Assembly: GCA_903847405.1 (NCBI GenBank)
Contig: CAINDP010000063.1
Location: 41,620 to 105,619 of the forward strand
From: an uncultured Myxococcales bacterium
Lineage (GTDB): Bacteria; Myxococcota_A; UBA9042; DTJE01
Reading direction: 5' to 3'
DNA: 64,000 nt
Part shown: piece after piece, positions 38,701 to 47,373 of the stretch
Position numbering within the stretch: position 1 is the stretch's first letter
How the letters are laid out: the number at the start of each line of letters is the position of its first letter
The notes under the pieces: model-generated
Seen by the model: the letters and a program-made list of their open reading frames with translations, nothing else
Told to the model about the DNA's origin: nothing
The model's database searches: none
Program-made: the position numbers and the translations under genes

Positions 38701-40260
38701 GGAACGGGCGTGTGCACGAACCCGATGCGTCCCAACGGCTGGACCTGCACCGACGACGGCAACGCCTGCACCGACGACCTGTGCCAGGCAGGCGCCTGCG
38801 GGCACCCGAACGCCGCGGACGGCCAGGTCTGCAACGACGGCAACGCCTGCACGCGCATCGACGCCTGCCAGGCGGGCGCATGCACGGGGATCAGTCCCGT
38901 GGTCTGCCCGACGCCGCAGGACTGCCGCAGCCAGGGCACCTGCGACACGACGACGGGCCTGTGCTCGGACCCGGCGGAAGCCGACGGCGTCCCGTGCACC
39001 GATGACGGGAACGAGTGCACCGGCGATGCCTGCGTTTCCGGCGCCTGCGAACACCCGGCCCGCCAGGACGCGACGCCCTGCGGCGACGACGGCAAGACCT
39101 GCACGCTGGACGCCTGCGCATCCGGGGTGTGCGGCCACGTCCGCCAGTCCGGGTGCCTGATCGACGGCGCCTGCGTGGCGTCCGGGGCCTCCAACCCCGC
39201 GAACCCGTGCCTGACCTGCGACCAGGACGCCCCGACCGGATGGTCGAACGTCACCGACGGCACCGGGTGCGAGGACGGCGCGTACTGTTCCATCGACGAC
39301 CAGTGCCAGGCAGGCGCCTGCCAGGCGGGCATCGCCCGGGACTGCGCCTTCCAGGACAGTCCCTGCGCCACGGGCCGGTGCGACGAGGCCACCGACGGTT
39401 GCAAGGCCGACCCGAAGACGTCCGACACGCCCTGCGGCGACGACTATTCCTGCGCGGACGGGGTCCTGGTTCTGGCGGACAGGTGCGACGGAAACGGGGC
39501 CTGCACCGACAACGGGACGTCGTCGTGCGCGCCCTACGCGGGCTGCAAGTCGGCCGGCGTGTGCGCCACGTCCTGCGCCACGGGCCCGGACTGCATGACG
39601 GGCTTCCGCTGCCTGGGCAATGCCTGCACCGCCAACCACGCCCCGACGGCCAGCGCCGGCGAAGCGCAGACGGTGGACGAAGGCACCCCGGCGACCCTGG
39701 ACGGCAGCGGCTCGACGGATCCGGACCTCGATCTGTTGACCTACGAGTGGACCCAGATCGGCGAGCCCGCCGTGGAACTGGACGATCCTGCGGCGGCGAA
39801 GCCCGCGTTCACGGCGCCCCTGGTCGACGAGGACACCGCGCTGGTCTTCCAGTTGGTGGTCCGCGACGGCCTGCTGGCCAGCACCGCGGTCCAGGTGACG
39901 ATCACGGTCAAGGACGTCGCGACGCCGCCCGAAGGCACGCCCGAGGCGGACGAGGACGCGGTCCAGCCCGACGGCATGGCGCCGGACGCCGCGACGGACG
40001 CCTCGACGGACGAGGTCCCCGCGACGGACGACACCGCCTCCACGGACGCCGCGCGGACCGACGACGGGGCCGGAGCGCCCGACGAGGGCCGCTTCGAGGT
40101 GGTCCTGGTGGACGCCTCGCTGACCGACGATGGGGCCCCCGCGAAGAAGGGGGGCGGCTGCAACGGCGCCCCCGTGCCGACCGGTGGCGCGCCGCTGGCC
40201 TTCCTGCTGGTGGGCCTGGCCTGCCTGGCCTTCGGAACCCTGCGCCGCCGGGCGGACTGA
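35761..40260 (+). CDS. secreted subtilisin-like (S8) serine protease lipoprotein with ~20 Cys-rich repeats, PKD-like domain and MYXO-CTERM-type sorting tail
   Basis: Lipobox IVTTGCDA. S8 triad contexts IAILDVGF (Asp), HGTAVAEVV (His), GGTSGATPHAAG (Ser). Tandem C-x-x-D-x-C / GAC repeats. C-terminus GGGCNGAPVPTGGAPLAFLLVGLACLAFGTLRRRAD. The ATG at 35761 has GGAGG directly adjacent; ATG 35767 is an alternative start. Confidence 0.85.
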   Translation: MTMTAKRIGMVLGLLAIVTTGCDALPPPAPVPQDAPALQAARTPMAPRDALAARAAALRIDGTRLARPGGVATRVPAGLERLSNGLATLFDADGLPLAGAAARTAASAKGIRMDNDRVQVVVHRDRPGSFLRGDTATLGSVPFLVDAAVEGQTQGWVRVADLPRLSRDPRVRAVTVPVPPRTTAITSEGLVRMNVPTVQALNIKGQGQKIAILDVGFTGYAALLGTELPAVVTAKSFYGAAPGDITGGGEVHGTAVAEVVYDVAPSAQLYLVNYDSEVTFKTAVDWLIAQGVDVITTSTGTFSWENTDGTGPVAQKANAARDAGIVFTAAAGNNGDSHHRATFTPSGVAEYHKFYSSGANILFLADDGTNIYYIPKDSPILVDLVWDDWGANNGTPTSTVDYDLYLAMYDETVTPAAWTIVAAAEDVQGGAAFPRESIGVYAPQDAAYGLVVAKKTATAANRPFDLYIANIFSDLNLFGPDILVPAGSVISPCVGAKVLCVGAVDVNDALLAYSSRGPSHPNGTGTTISKPDFAAPSEVSTATYPKNATTPAGFGGTSGATPHAAGVAALFLQLAAGDPAIAEAQMKTAAVDLGAVGRDDTYGYGRVRAVPCWTSLCDDGLACTTDTCHATLGCQHAASGVGCLIEGACVANGAANPGNACQKCDQAAPTQWTALTNGSACAGDGDDCTLDQCQAGACAHPSAPNATPCPDDGFTCTSDSCQSGTCQHAVATGCLVDGACRAAGASNPDNPCQQCAPANRTRWTDKAVGTPCEDGLFCTTGDTCQTGAVCQSGLPTDCTGLANDCNTAACDEARGACVRVPRGDSTPCTGDGDNCTVDACKTGVCLHPALPSDCGARVCGNSPNGCYSCGACAPGFGCGSDGQCSDLCAGVTCPECQGCANGACVPAGEGNACTTDGNACTSDTCSAGACVHPAVGNGQPCNDGSACTRTDTCVAGACTGGDPLVCTALNECHVTGVCNPGTGVCTNPMRPNGWTCTDDGNACTDDLCQAGACGHPNAADGQVCNDGNACTRIDACQAGACTGISPVVCPTPQDCRSQGTCDTTTGLCSDPAEADGVPCTDDGNECTGDACVSGACEHPARQDATPCGDDGKTCTLDACASGVCGHVRQSGCLIDGACVASGASNPANPCLTCDQDAPTGWSNVTDGTGCEDGAYCSIDDQCQAGACQAGIARDCAFQDSPCATGRCDEATDGCKADPKTSDTPCGDDYSCADGVLVLADRCDGNGACTDNGTSSCAPYAGCKSAGVCATSCATGPDCMTGFRCLGNACTANHAPTASAGEAQTVDEGTPATLDGSGSTDPDLDLLTYEWTQIGEPAVELDDPAAAKPAFTAPLVDEDTALVFQLVVRDGLLASTAVQVTITVKDVATPPEGTPEADEDAVQPDGMAPDAATDASTDEVPATDDTASTDAARTDDGAGAPDEGRFEVVLVDASLTDDGAPAKKGGGCNGAPVPTGGAPLAFLLVGLACLAFGTLRRRAD

Positions 40261-40286
40261 CGCACCTGCGCCCTCCGCCCCCCCGA

Positions 40287-40315
40287 TTGCCACGCGCGCC
40301 GCAGGCTGGTAGATT
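40287..40315 (+). promoter_or_regulatory. candidate sigma70-like promoter (TTGCCA, 17 nt spacer, TAGATT) for the 40358 gene
   Basis: Hexamers read from sequence: ttgcca at 40287-40292, tagatt at 40310-40315. Match to consensus is only 4/6 + 4/6. Confidence 0.25.
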
Positions 40316-40357
40316 CACCGTCGTCCCAGTATGCATCCCCCCCGCGAGGAGCGAACG

Positions 40358-41242
40358 GTGAAGGCCACTCACGTCATCGACCCGGTCCTGCTGGACAACG
40401 CCGCGACGTTCACGGACCCGTTCTTCCAGCGGTTCCACCTGCGTCCCGCGGCGGCCCCCCTGGATCTGGACGGGACGATCGCCAAGGACTACCTGTTCCC
40501 GACCTTCTACGGGGACGTCACCTGCGCCCAGGCGATCTTCCTGTGTCCCTGGGAGCGGGCCTACAGCCTGATGCCGCACCCGCTGATGAAGCCCGTGCGC
40601 ATGCCCGGGGGACGGGCCCTGATCGTGTTTTCGTGCTACCAGTACCGCAAGGTGCTGGGGGTGGCGCCCTACAACGAGATCGCGATGACGATCCCCCTGC
40701 TGCTGGACCCGGACGTCAGCGTGCCGCTGCTGCCGCTGCTGTGGCCGGGCTACCCGGGCTTCGGCTACTACGTGTTTTCGATGCCGGTCACGTCGCTGGA
40801 AAACCGCATCCGCGGCCACAAGATCTGGGGCCTGCCGAAGGTCGTCCAGGACATCGACATCGACACCCTGAACGGCGACAACGTGACCGTGGCGATGGAC
40901 GACGAGGGCCGCCGCTACTTCGAACTGCGGGTGCCCCGGACGGGAAAACCCACGCGCTTCCAGCAGGACGCCTGGCTGTTCACCCGCCTGGGCGACCGCC
41001 TGATGCGCAGCCGCACCAGTTTCGAGGGCACCTTCCAGGTGCAAAAGAACATGGGCCTGCTGCTGCGGCCGGGCACGCCCCCCGCGCACCCGACCCTGGT
41101 CCTGACCGACTCGCCGGCGGCCGACGTGCTGCGCGGCCTGGCGATCGATCCGGTCCCGTTCCAGACGCGGTATGCGGAACGCATGTCGAGCTGCTTCGAT
41201 CTGCCCGACCCGGCGTTCCAGGCCCCGGTGACCTTCCGGTAG
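40358..41242 (+). CDS. hypothetical protein (~295 aa), possibly acetoacetate-decarboxylase-like fold
   Basis: GTG at 40358 with GAGGAG 7 nt upstream; the ATG at 40331 is an alternative. No diagnostic motif recognised. Confidence 0.45.
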   Translation: MKATHVIDPVLLDNAATFTDPFFQRFHLRPAAAPLDLDGTIAKDYLFPTFYGDVTCAQAIFLCPWERAYSLMPHPLMKPVRMPGGRALIVFSCYQYRKVLGVAPYNEIAMTIPLLLDPDVSVPLLPLLWPGYPGFGYYVFSMPVTSLENRIRGHKIWGLPKVVQDIDIDTLNGDNVTVAMDDEGRRYFELRVPRTGKPTRFQQDAWLFTRLGDRLMRSRTSFEGTFQVQKNMGLLLRPGTPPAHPTLVLTDSPAADVLRGLAIDPVPFQTRYAERMSSCFDLPDPAFQAPVTFR

Positions 41243-41264
41243 ACCCGTCGCCAGGAGAAGCGCC

Positions 41265-42359
41265 ATGACCATCCCCCCCGTGCTGGACCGCGCCGCGGAC
41301 GCCCTGCCCCTGGTCGCCCACCTCCGGGCCCGCCGCCGGGGACTGAAGATCGTCGTGGTCGGCACCGGCGTGATCGGCGGCACCGTGGCCGCATGGGTCG
41401 CACCGCACCACGACCCTTTGTACGTGCTGGACCAGGGCGAAACGGCCCAGGCCCTGCGCAATCACGGCCTGACCGTGTACCCCGGCGACCGGCCGGAACG
41501 GCGCACGACCGTGGTTGTCAAGGTCATCGACGACCTCGCAGAGGTGCCCGACGCCGACGTGGTCCTGATCGGGGTCAAGACCTACAGCCTGGACGCGGTC
41601 GCGCGGGCCGTGAAGGAGCGCCTTGGCGACCGCCCCCTGGTCGTCGGCATGCAGAACGGCGTGGAAAACCAGCAGGTGCTGCCGCGGTACTTCCCGAAGT
41701 CGGCGTATTGCGTGGTCAGCTACAACGCCTGGGCCGACCAGCCCGGCGTGATCGGCTACCAGAAGCGGGGGCCGCTGGTCCTGGGCACGCCGGACAACTC
41801 GCTGCAGGACGAACTGCACGAACTGGCCCGGGTCCTGAATCTGGGCGTCGAAACGATCGTCACCGATCACTTCAACGACGCGGCGCACAGCAAACTGGTC
41901 ATCAACCTCACCAACTCGCTGACCACGCTGATCGGCCACCGTCGCCGCGAGATTTCCGACCCGGCGCTGTTCCAGAAGCTGCTGTCGAACGTGACCTGGG
42001 AAGGCGTGCAGATCGTCCGGGGCGCGGGCTACAAGGAGTGCCGCCTGGGCGGGATGCCGTCGTGGAAGATCATCTGGGCCGGATCGCACCTGCCCCGGGC
42101 GATCACGAAGCCCATCTTCGAAAAGAACGTGGCCAAGATGGTCCTCAGTTCGATGGCCCAGGACATCCTGCAGCGCGGCGGCCACCAGTCGGAACTGGAA
42201 ACGATCAACGGCTACCTGCTGTCCCTGGCCGACCGCCAGGGCCTGAAGGTGCCTTACAACCGCGCGGTGTACGACTTGTGTCGCCGGGAATTCGCCAAGC
42301 CGGTGTTCGCGCCTCTGGACGTCGCCGAGGTGTACGCCGCGGTGCGTGCGCGCCTGTAG
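41265..42359 (+). CDS. 2-dehydropantoate 2-reductase (ketopantoate reductase, ApbA/PanE family)-like oxidoreductase
   Basis: AGGAGAAG RBS. N-terminal Rossmann KIVVVGTGVIGGTVAAW. Length and architecture as for ApbA family. Starts 20 nt after the previous gene. Confidence 0.6.
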   Translation: MTIPPVLDRAADALPLVAHLRARRRGLKIVVVGTGVIGGTVAAWVAPHHDPLYVLDQGETAQALRNHGLTVYPGDRPERRTTVVVKVIDDLAEVPDADVVLIGVKTYSLDAVARAVKERLGDRPLVVGMQNGVENQQVLPRYFPKSAYCVVSYNAWADQPGVIGYQKRGPLVLGTPDNSLQDELHELARVLNLGVETIVTDHFNDAAHSKLVINLTNSLTTLIGHRRREISDPALFQKLLSNVTWEGVQIVRGAGYKECRLGGMPSWKIIWAGSHLPRAITKPIFEKNVAKMVLSSMAQDILQRGGHQSELETINGYLLSLADRQGLKVPYNRAVYDLCRREFAKPVFAPLDVAEVYAAVRARL

Positions 42360-42371
42360 GCCGCCCCGCCG

Positions 42372-43217
42372 CTACGGCTCCAGCAGCATCTCGCCGCAGA
42401 CCACGTCCCAATGCGCGCCCTTGCAGTACTGCGTCACGTCGTCGACCAGCCCGCCGCCGTCGGTCAGGCGGACCCCGACGCCCTGGGGTCCCAGGACCTG
42501 CTGCAGGCGCTCCATCTCCCGGCCCAGCCAGGGGCGCATTTCGGTCCCGCGCAGCAGCGGACGCAGATCCTCGAGGCCGTTCACGGGCTGCATCTTCAGG
42601 TACCAGCCCTGGGCCCGGCCACCCACCGCCAGGATCTCCCCGGCGATCGGGGACCGGACGCGCACCGTCGCGCCGCCCTTCGTGAACTTCCAGGCCCGCC
42701 CGTTCACGTGCAGCCGGTACCCGACCTTCGGCAGGACCGCCACGGGCCCCGGGCCGATCAGCCGCGTCGCGAAGTCGTCCAGGCCGATCGTCATGGTCCC
42801 GTCCGCCTCGGGCTGGACCCACGTGTGGCCGCGATGGTAGTACCGCTCGGGCCTTCCGCCGGAACCGATGCGCGAGGCGCCGTCGGCCTCCCAGCCCCGG
42901 GTCGCGGCCGGCGTCCCCGAATCACCCGCCACGATGCGCCGGTGGGTTTCGCACTCCCCGCACTCGAACCCGTGCTCGCAGGTGCGGTGCTGGAAATGCC
43001 CGTCCATTTCGTGCCGGCAGACGCGCGCGACCTCGGGCAGGTCCTCGAAGTCGGTTTCCCACCGGATGGCATGGGTCGCCCGTGCCCGCAGCGTCTTCCG
43101 GGACCGCAGGACGGCCACGGTCAGCGTCGACAGGATGACGATGACGACGCCGAAGAAGATCCCCAGGAAGATCACGTTCGCCGCGTTCCACTCGAAGCCG
43201 TACACCCACGGGAACAT
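42372..43217 (-). CDS. membrane-anchored protein with 4-Cys cluster and glycine-cleavage-H-like (lipoyl/biotinyl-type) domain; fifth gene of the Qrc-like operon
   Basis: AGGAGG RBS. One N-terminal TM helix. C-x12-C-x5-C-x2-C motif (CRHEMDGHFQHRTCEHGFECGEC). HTWVQPEADGTMTIGLDDFATRLIG ... VAVLPKVG ... KFTKGGATVRVRSPIAGEIL resembles GcvH HEW ... GIT.HAQ..LG ... V.LPEVG ... ESVKAA..V.SP.SG.V. Starts 10 nt after NrfD. Confidence 0.5.
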   Translation of the reverse strand: MFPWVYGFEWNAANVIFLGIFFGVVIVILSTLTVAVLRSRKTLRARATHAIRWETDFEDLPEVARVCRHEMDGHFQHRTCEHGFECGECETHRRIVAGDSGTPAATRGWEADGASRIGSGGRPERYYHRGHTWVQPEADGTMTIGLDDFATRLIGPGPVAVLPKVGYRLHVNGRAWKFTKGGATVRVRSPIAGEILAVGGRAQGWYLKMQPVNGLEDLRPLLRGTEMRPWLGREMERLQQVLGPQGVGVRLTDGGGLVDDVTQYCKGAHWDVVCGEMLLEP

Positions 43218-43227
43218 CGTGTGCCTC

Positions 43228-44460
43228 CTAGCGCTGCTGCAGTTCGCGCTCCTGCGGGAACAGGGTGAAGTACCGGAACGACAGGGAGTAGACGATCACC
43301 CCGTAGGCCAGCACGGCCAGGAAGGTCGCCGTTTCCTGCCAACTGGGGACGTAGGACAGCATTTCGTCGAACGGCAGCGTCGGCAGCGCCAGGGTCTGGA
43401 TCGTCATCAGGTAGCGGTTGACCATGATCCCCAGGCAGGTCAGCACGGCCGCCGTGACCAGCCAGCGGATGTCCTGGCGCCGCCGCTTGCTGAAATAGAT
43501 GACCATCGGCACGAAGGCGAAGATCGCCACCTCCAGCAGGTGCAGCAGCGTGTACAGCGGCTGGGCGCCGAAGAAGCTGTCGGGGTGCACGCCCAGTTCG
43601 GGCGCCGTGACGTTGATCCAGAACAGCGTGTCGATCGTCTTCAGCAGGATGTACCCGGTCAGCAGGAACCCCGAGATCCGCCCCAGCGTCGAAAGAACCT
43701 CCACCTTGACCAGCGGCTTGCCCGACACCTTCCCCGCCAGCCAGGTGGTCAGCAGGATGAACGACGGCCCCGCCGCGGCCGCCGACAGGATGAACAGGAA
43801 GAACGTGGTCGGCCAGATGCCGAAGTGCTCGCGGAAGGCGAAGGGCCGACCGTACAGCACGCCGTACAGCCCGCCCAGGGACCCCTGGTGGAAGAACGAC
43901 AGGAACGTCCCGACGCCCGCCAGCACGTACATGACCTTGTGCAGGTTGAACTCGAACACCAGGAACGCGGGCACCTGGCGCAGCAGCCGGTTGCGCAGCA
44001 CGATGGGCGCGTACTCGATCAGCAGCACCGTGAGGTAGCAGGTGATGCAGAACGTCACTTCCGTCAGCATCGAGTGGACGTTGGGGTGCCAGAACGTGAA
44101 CCAGGCCCGCAGGGGCTGGCCGACGTCCACCATCAGCACCACGACCGCGCCGCTGTAGCAGATGAACCCGATGACCACGGCGCTGTTGATGACGGCCTGC
44201 AGTTCCTTGCGCTTGAGGATGTACAGCAGGAACCCGGTGAAGAACGCCCCGGCGCCCAGGGCGATGACGGTCAGGTCCAGGAAGATCCAGGCCCCGAAGG
44301 CGAAGCGGTTGTCCATGGCCGTCTGGTTCAGGCCCAGGGCCAGGCACAGGTAGGCGCCATACACGCCGAAGGCCAGCAGGGCGACCCAGGGCAGCAGCCA
44401 GGCCAGGAAGGTGCGCACGGGAACGCGCTCGATCCCGCGGGGGATCACGCTCCTATCCAT
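43228..44460 (-). CDS. NrfD/PsrC-family polytopic membrane quinone-interacting subunit
   Basis: About 10 predicted TM helices and composition typical of NrfD/PsrC/QrcD/ActC. Start overlaps the stop of the FeS subunit. Confidence 0.85.
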   Translation of the reverse strand: MDRSVIPRGIERVPVRTFLAWLLPWVALLAFGVYGAYLCLALGLNQTAMDNRFAFGAWIFLDLTVIALGAGAFFTGFLLYILKRKELQAVINSAVVIGFICYSGAVVVLMVDVGQPLRAWFTFWHPNVHSMLTEVTFCITCYLTVLLIEYAPIVLRNRLLRQVPAFLVFEFNLHKVMYVLAGVGTFLSFFHQGSLGGLYGVLYGRPFAFREHFGIWPTTFFLFILSAAAAGPSFILLTTWLAGKVSGKPLVKVEVLSTLGRISGFLLTGYILLKTIDTLFWINVTAPELGVHPDSFFGAQPLYTLLHLLEVAIFAFVPMVIYFSKRRRQDIRWLVTAAVLTCLGIMVNRYLMTIQTLALPTLPFDEMLSYVPSWQETATFLAVLAYGVIVYSLSFRYFTLFPQERELQQR

Positions 44461-45241
44461 GGGTCACCTCCTCGGCGGGCGGGGGAGCGCCGCGCTGTCC
44501 CATTTCCTGGACCCAGGCCTGGCGCGAGCGGTACGTGATTTTCGGGGCCGTGCCCAGTTTCTCCAGGAAGCGGAAGCCGCCCTCGGCCTTCGACTGCACC
44601 GACACCGCGCTGGCGGGATCGGCGAGGTCCCCGAACGTGATCGCGCCGACGGGACAGGCCTCGACGCAGGCCGGCAGGTACTCGTCTGCGCGGACCGTGT
44701 CGCGCCCTTCCAGGGCCGCCCGGGCCCGGGCCGCCTGCAGCCGGTGGTGGCAGAAGTTGCACTTTTCGACCACGCCGCGCATCCGCGTGGACACGTCCGG
44801 GTTCAGCGTCGCTTCCATGCCCTCGGGCCAGGACGGGTCCCACCAGTTGAACGCCCGGGCGTGGTAGGGGCACGCGACCATGCAATACCGGCAGCCCAGG
44901 CAGCGCACGGGGATCTGCCCGACGATGCCGGTGTCCTTGTCGTACTCGACCGCCTTCTGGGGGCACACGGACTCGCACGGGGGGTGGTCGCACTGCTGGC
45001 ACGGCATCGGCACGAAGATCGACCGCGACGCGGGGTAGTCCGCCCCGTTCCGCATCTCGTAGACGCGCATCCAGGTGATCCCGGTCCGATCGTCCGCCCC
45101 GGGGGCCGCCGGCGCCACGTTGTTTTCCACCGCGCAGGCGACCATGCAGGCGCCGCATCCGGTGCACTTGTCCAGGTCCACGACCATCCCGTACCGGGCG
45201 GCCTTGCGCGTTGTCTGCGTTGTCTGGGCTGTTTCGCTCAT
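44453..45241 (-). CDS. 4Fe-4S ferredoxin-type iron-sulfur subunit (PsrB/HybA/QrcC-like)
   Basis: Four Cys clusters of the CxxCxxCxxxCP type (CTGCGACMVAC, CQQCDHPPCESVCP, CLGCRYCMVACP, CNFCHHR ... CVEACP). Confidence 0.85.
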   Translation of the reverse strand: MSETAQTTQTTRKAARYGMVVDLDKCTGCGACMVACAVENNVAPAAPGADDRTGITWMRVYEMRNGADYPASRSIFVPMPCQQCDHPPCESVCPQKAVEYDKDTGIVGQIPVRCLGCRYCMVACPYHARAFNWWDPSWPEGMEATLNPDVSTRMRGVVEKCNFCHHRLQAARARAALEGRDTVRADEYLPACVEACPVGAITFGDLADPASAVSVQSKAEGGFRFLEKLGTAPKITYRSRQAWVQEMGQRGAPPPAEEVTHG

Positions 45242-45245
45242 CGTG

Positions 45246-47357
45246 TCATGCCTCCCGGATCCGGGCTTCCACCAGCCGCCACGTCGCCCGGTCCGTCACC
45301 GCGCACAGCGACAGGGGATCGACGTCGTTCCTGCCGGGCGCCAGCAGCGGCGCCACGGTCAGCCGGACACAGTCGGGGGGAACCCCGGGGTCCAGCTTCA
45401 CGCGGGCCGCCAGGACGCCCTGGGGCGTTTGGACGACCACGGCCTTGCCCGCGACCAGGTGCTGCGCGGCGGCGGTCCTGGGGTTCACGGCCGCCATCTG
45501 GCCGGTCTGCCGCAGGCCCGATTCCTGGTCCACCTTCGACAGCATGGGGGAACTGATCGCCCCGACCGCCCGTCCCCGGCTGCCGGTCAGGATCAAGGTC
45601 ATCGGATAGCCGTCCCGGACCGCGGGCGCGGGCTGCATCCAGGCCGCGATGGCGGTGATCCGGTGCGGCGGCAGGGGGCTGTCCGCCTGGCCCCGGTTGC
45701 GCCAGCACCCGCCGTCCGTCAGCAGTTTGCCCAGGTCGGACGCCCCGGACAGGCTGGAAACCGGAACCTCGGGGGCGTCGCCCGTCCCCAGGACCGTGCC
45801 CAGCCCGGCCTGGTGGACCGCCGCGATGCGCTGGTCGACCAGGTCCTGCATCGATGCGGCGGCCGTGGCCTTCCGCACGATCCCCACCGCCGTGCCCAGG
45901 CGGTTCAGGAACACCACCGGGTCCACCGCGGCGCGGGCCGGCGTCCCGAAGGCGACCGCCATCCGCAGGGTCGCGTCGGCCGCGTCGGGATGCCCCGGAA
46001 CGTCGGTCGCCAGCGTCATCGGCGAGGGCGTCGGGAGGACCAGGCGGGCGTACCGCGCCCCGTCGGCCACGACCGGCGACAGGCTGACGACCAGCGCGTT
46101 GGGCGCCAGTTTCGACGCGACGACCGGCCAGGACAGCGCGCTGCCCGACGACGACGCGTCCAGGATCAGGACGTCCAGGGAACCGTCCGGAACGTCCGCG
46201 ATGTCCATGGGTGGCGGCGCCGCGTCCAGGCCGGGGAACGAATCGACCGCCCCACCCTGGCGGGCCAGGATGCCGCCCTTCCGCCCCACGGCGCCCAGCA
46301 CCAGGTTCAGGGCCTGGATCGCCACCTCGTCCTGGCGCGGCAGGGGGCCGCCGCCCGCATCCCCGCCGCCGACCACGATCGCGGGCGTCGAACGGGTCAA
46401 TTCCATCGCGATCGACGTCAGCGTGGCCTCGTCAACCCCCGAAATCTCCTTGACATAGGCAGGCTGGAAGCCCCGCAGGGCATCCAGGTAGCCCGCCACG
46501 TCGCCCTTCAGGAAGGCCGGGTCGGCCATCCCCCGGGACACCAGCAGGGCCGCCAGTCCCAGGGCGACGGTGCCTTCCGTGCCCGGCCGGATGGGGATCC
46601 AGCGATCGGCCCGCTTGGCGGTGGCAGACTGGCAGGGCTCCACCTGGATGACCTTCAGATCGCCGTCGGCGACGCGCCGGGCCACGGCGCCCGGAACGCC
46701 CCAGCCGTCCAGCACGGGCGCGCCGAAACTGACGATCAGGCGGGTCGAATCCAGGTCGTGGCCCAGGGGGCCGGGATCCCGGGCATACAGGCCGCGCAGG
46801 ACGGCCAGCGAGGACCGTGCGACGGCGGGCGGCGCAAGGTAGGCGCCCCGGGGCAATGCCGAAAGGAACTCGCGGTACGCGGCAGAAATCGCCCGCCCCG
46901 GCTGCTCGTCCAGGATGGCGACGGTCCCCCGGGCGCCCAGGATCGCCGAGGCGATCTGGGCCAGGGCGCCGTCGTGCGACACGTCCGTGAACTCCCCGGG
47001 CCTGCCCGCGACCACGCGCTGCAGGGGCCGCAGGGCGCGGGCCGGGTGCCATGCCAGGTGATGCGCGCCGATGCCCGCGGCACACAGGCCGCCCCGGGTA
47101 ATCGGATCGTTCGGGATGCCGGACAGGGACACGGGCTGCCCGCCCACGCAACGGACCTTCACGCCGCAACCGGCAGGGCACAGCGTGCAGGCGGTCAGGC
47201 GCGTCGTGACAGGGCCCCGGGCCGGCACCGGGATCCACGGCCAGTTCTGGGTCCACACCGAGGAGTCCCGCAGCAGTTTCCAGGGGATCGGCGAGAACAT
47301 GAACCCGACCGCTCCGCCTCCGGCCAGTTTCAGAAGGTCCCGTCTGGTCAGTTTCAT
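45246..47357 (-). CDS. TAT-exported molybdopterin-oxidoreductase-family large subunit (short QrcB/ActB1-like form, 703 aa)
   Basis: Twin-arginine signal MKLTRRDLLKLAGGGA. N-terminal FeS motif CTLCPAGCGVKVRC ... GGLC. Unusually short for a catalytic bis-MGD enzyme. Confidence 0.8.
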   Translation of the reverse strand: MKLTRRDLLKLAGGGAVGFMFSPIPWKLLRDSSVWTQNWPWIPVPARGPVTTRLTACTLCPAGCGVKVRCVGGQPVSLSGIPNDPITRGGLCAAGIGAHHLAWHPARALRPLQRVVAGRPGEFTDVSHDGALAQIASAILGARGTVAILDEQPGRAISAAYREFLSALPRGAYLAPPAVARSSLAVLRGLYARDPGPLGHDLDSTRLIVSFGAPVLDGWGVPGAVARRVADGDLKVIQVEPCQSATAKRADRWIPIRPGTEGTVALGLAALLVSRGMADPAFLKGDVAGYLDALRGFQPAYVKEISGVDEATLTSIAMELTRSTPAIVVGGGDAGGGPLPRQDEVAIQALNLVLGAVGRKGGILARQGGAVDSFPGLDAAPPPMDIADVPDGSLDVLILDASSSGSALSWPVVASKLAPNALVVSLSPVVADGARYARLVLPTPSPMTLATDVPGHPDAADATLRMAVAFGTPARAAVDPVVFLNRLGTAVGIVRKATAAASMQDLVDQRIAAVHQAGLGTVLGTGDAPEVPVSSLSGASDLGKLLTDGGCWRNRGQADSPLPPHRITAIAAWMQPAPAVRDGYPMTLILTGSRGRAVGAISSPMLSKVDQESGLRQTGQMAAVNPRTAAAQHLVAGKAVVVQTPQGVLAARVKLDPGVPPDCVRLTVAPLLAPGRNDVDPLSLCAVTDRATWRLVEARIREA

Positions 47358-47373
47358 GGTTCCTCCCCGCCGG

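Noticed and set aside
35533-40293. 1586-aa minus-strand ORF antisense to the S8/Cys-repeat gene
   Set aside because: Antisense of the Cys-rich repeats (reads as Gly/Ala/Arg/Val-rich). No start context. Plus strand has the catalytic triad and sorting signal.
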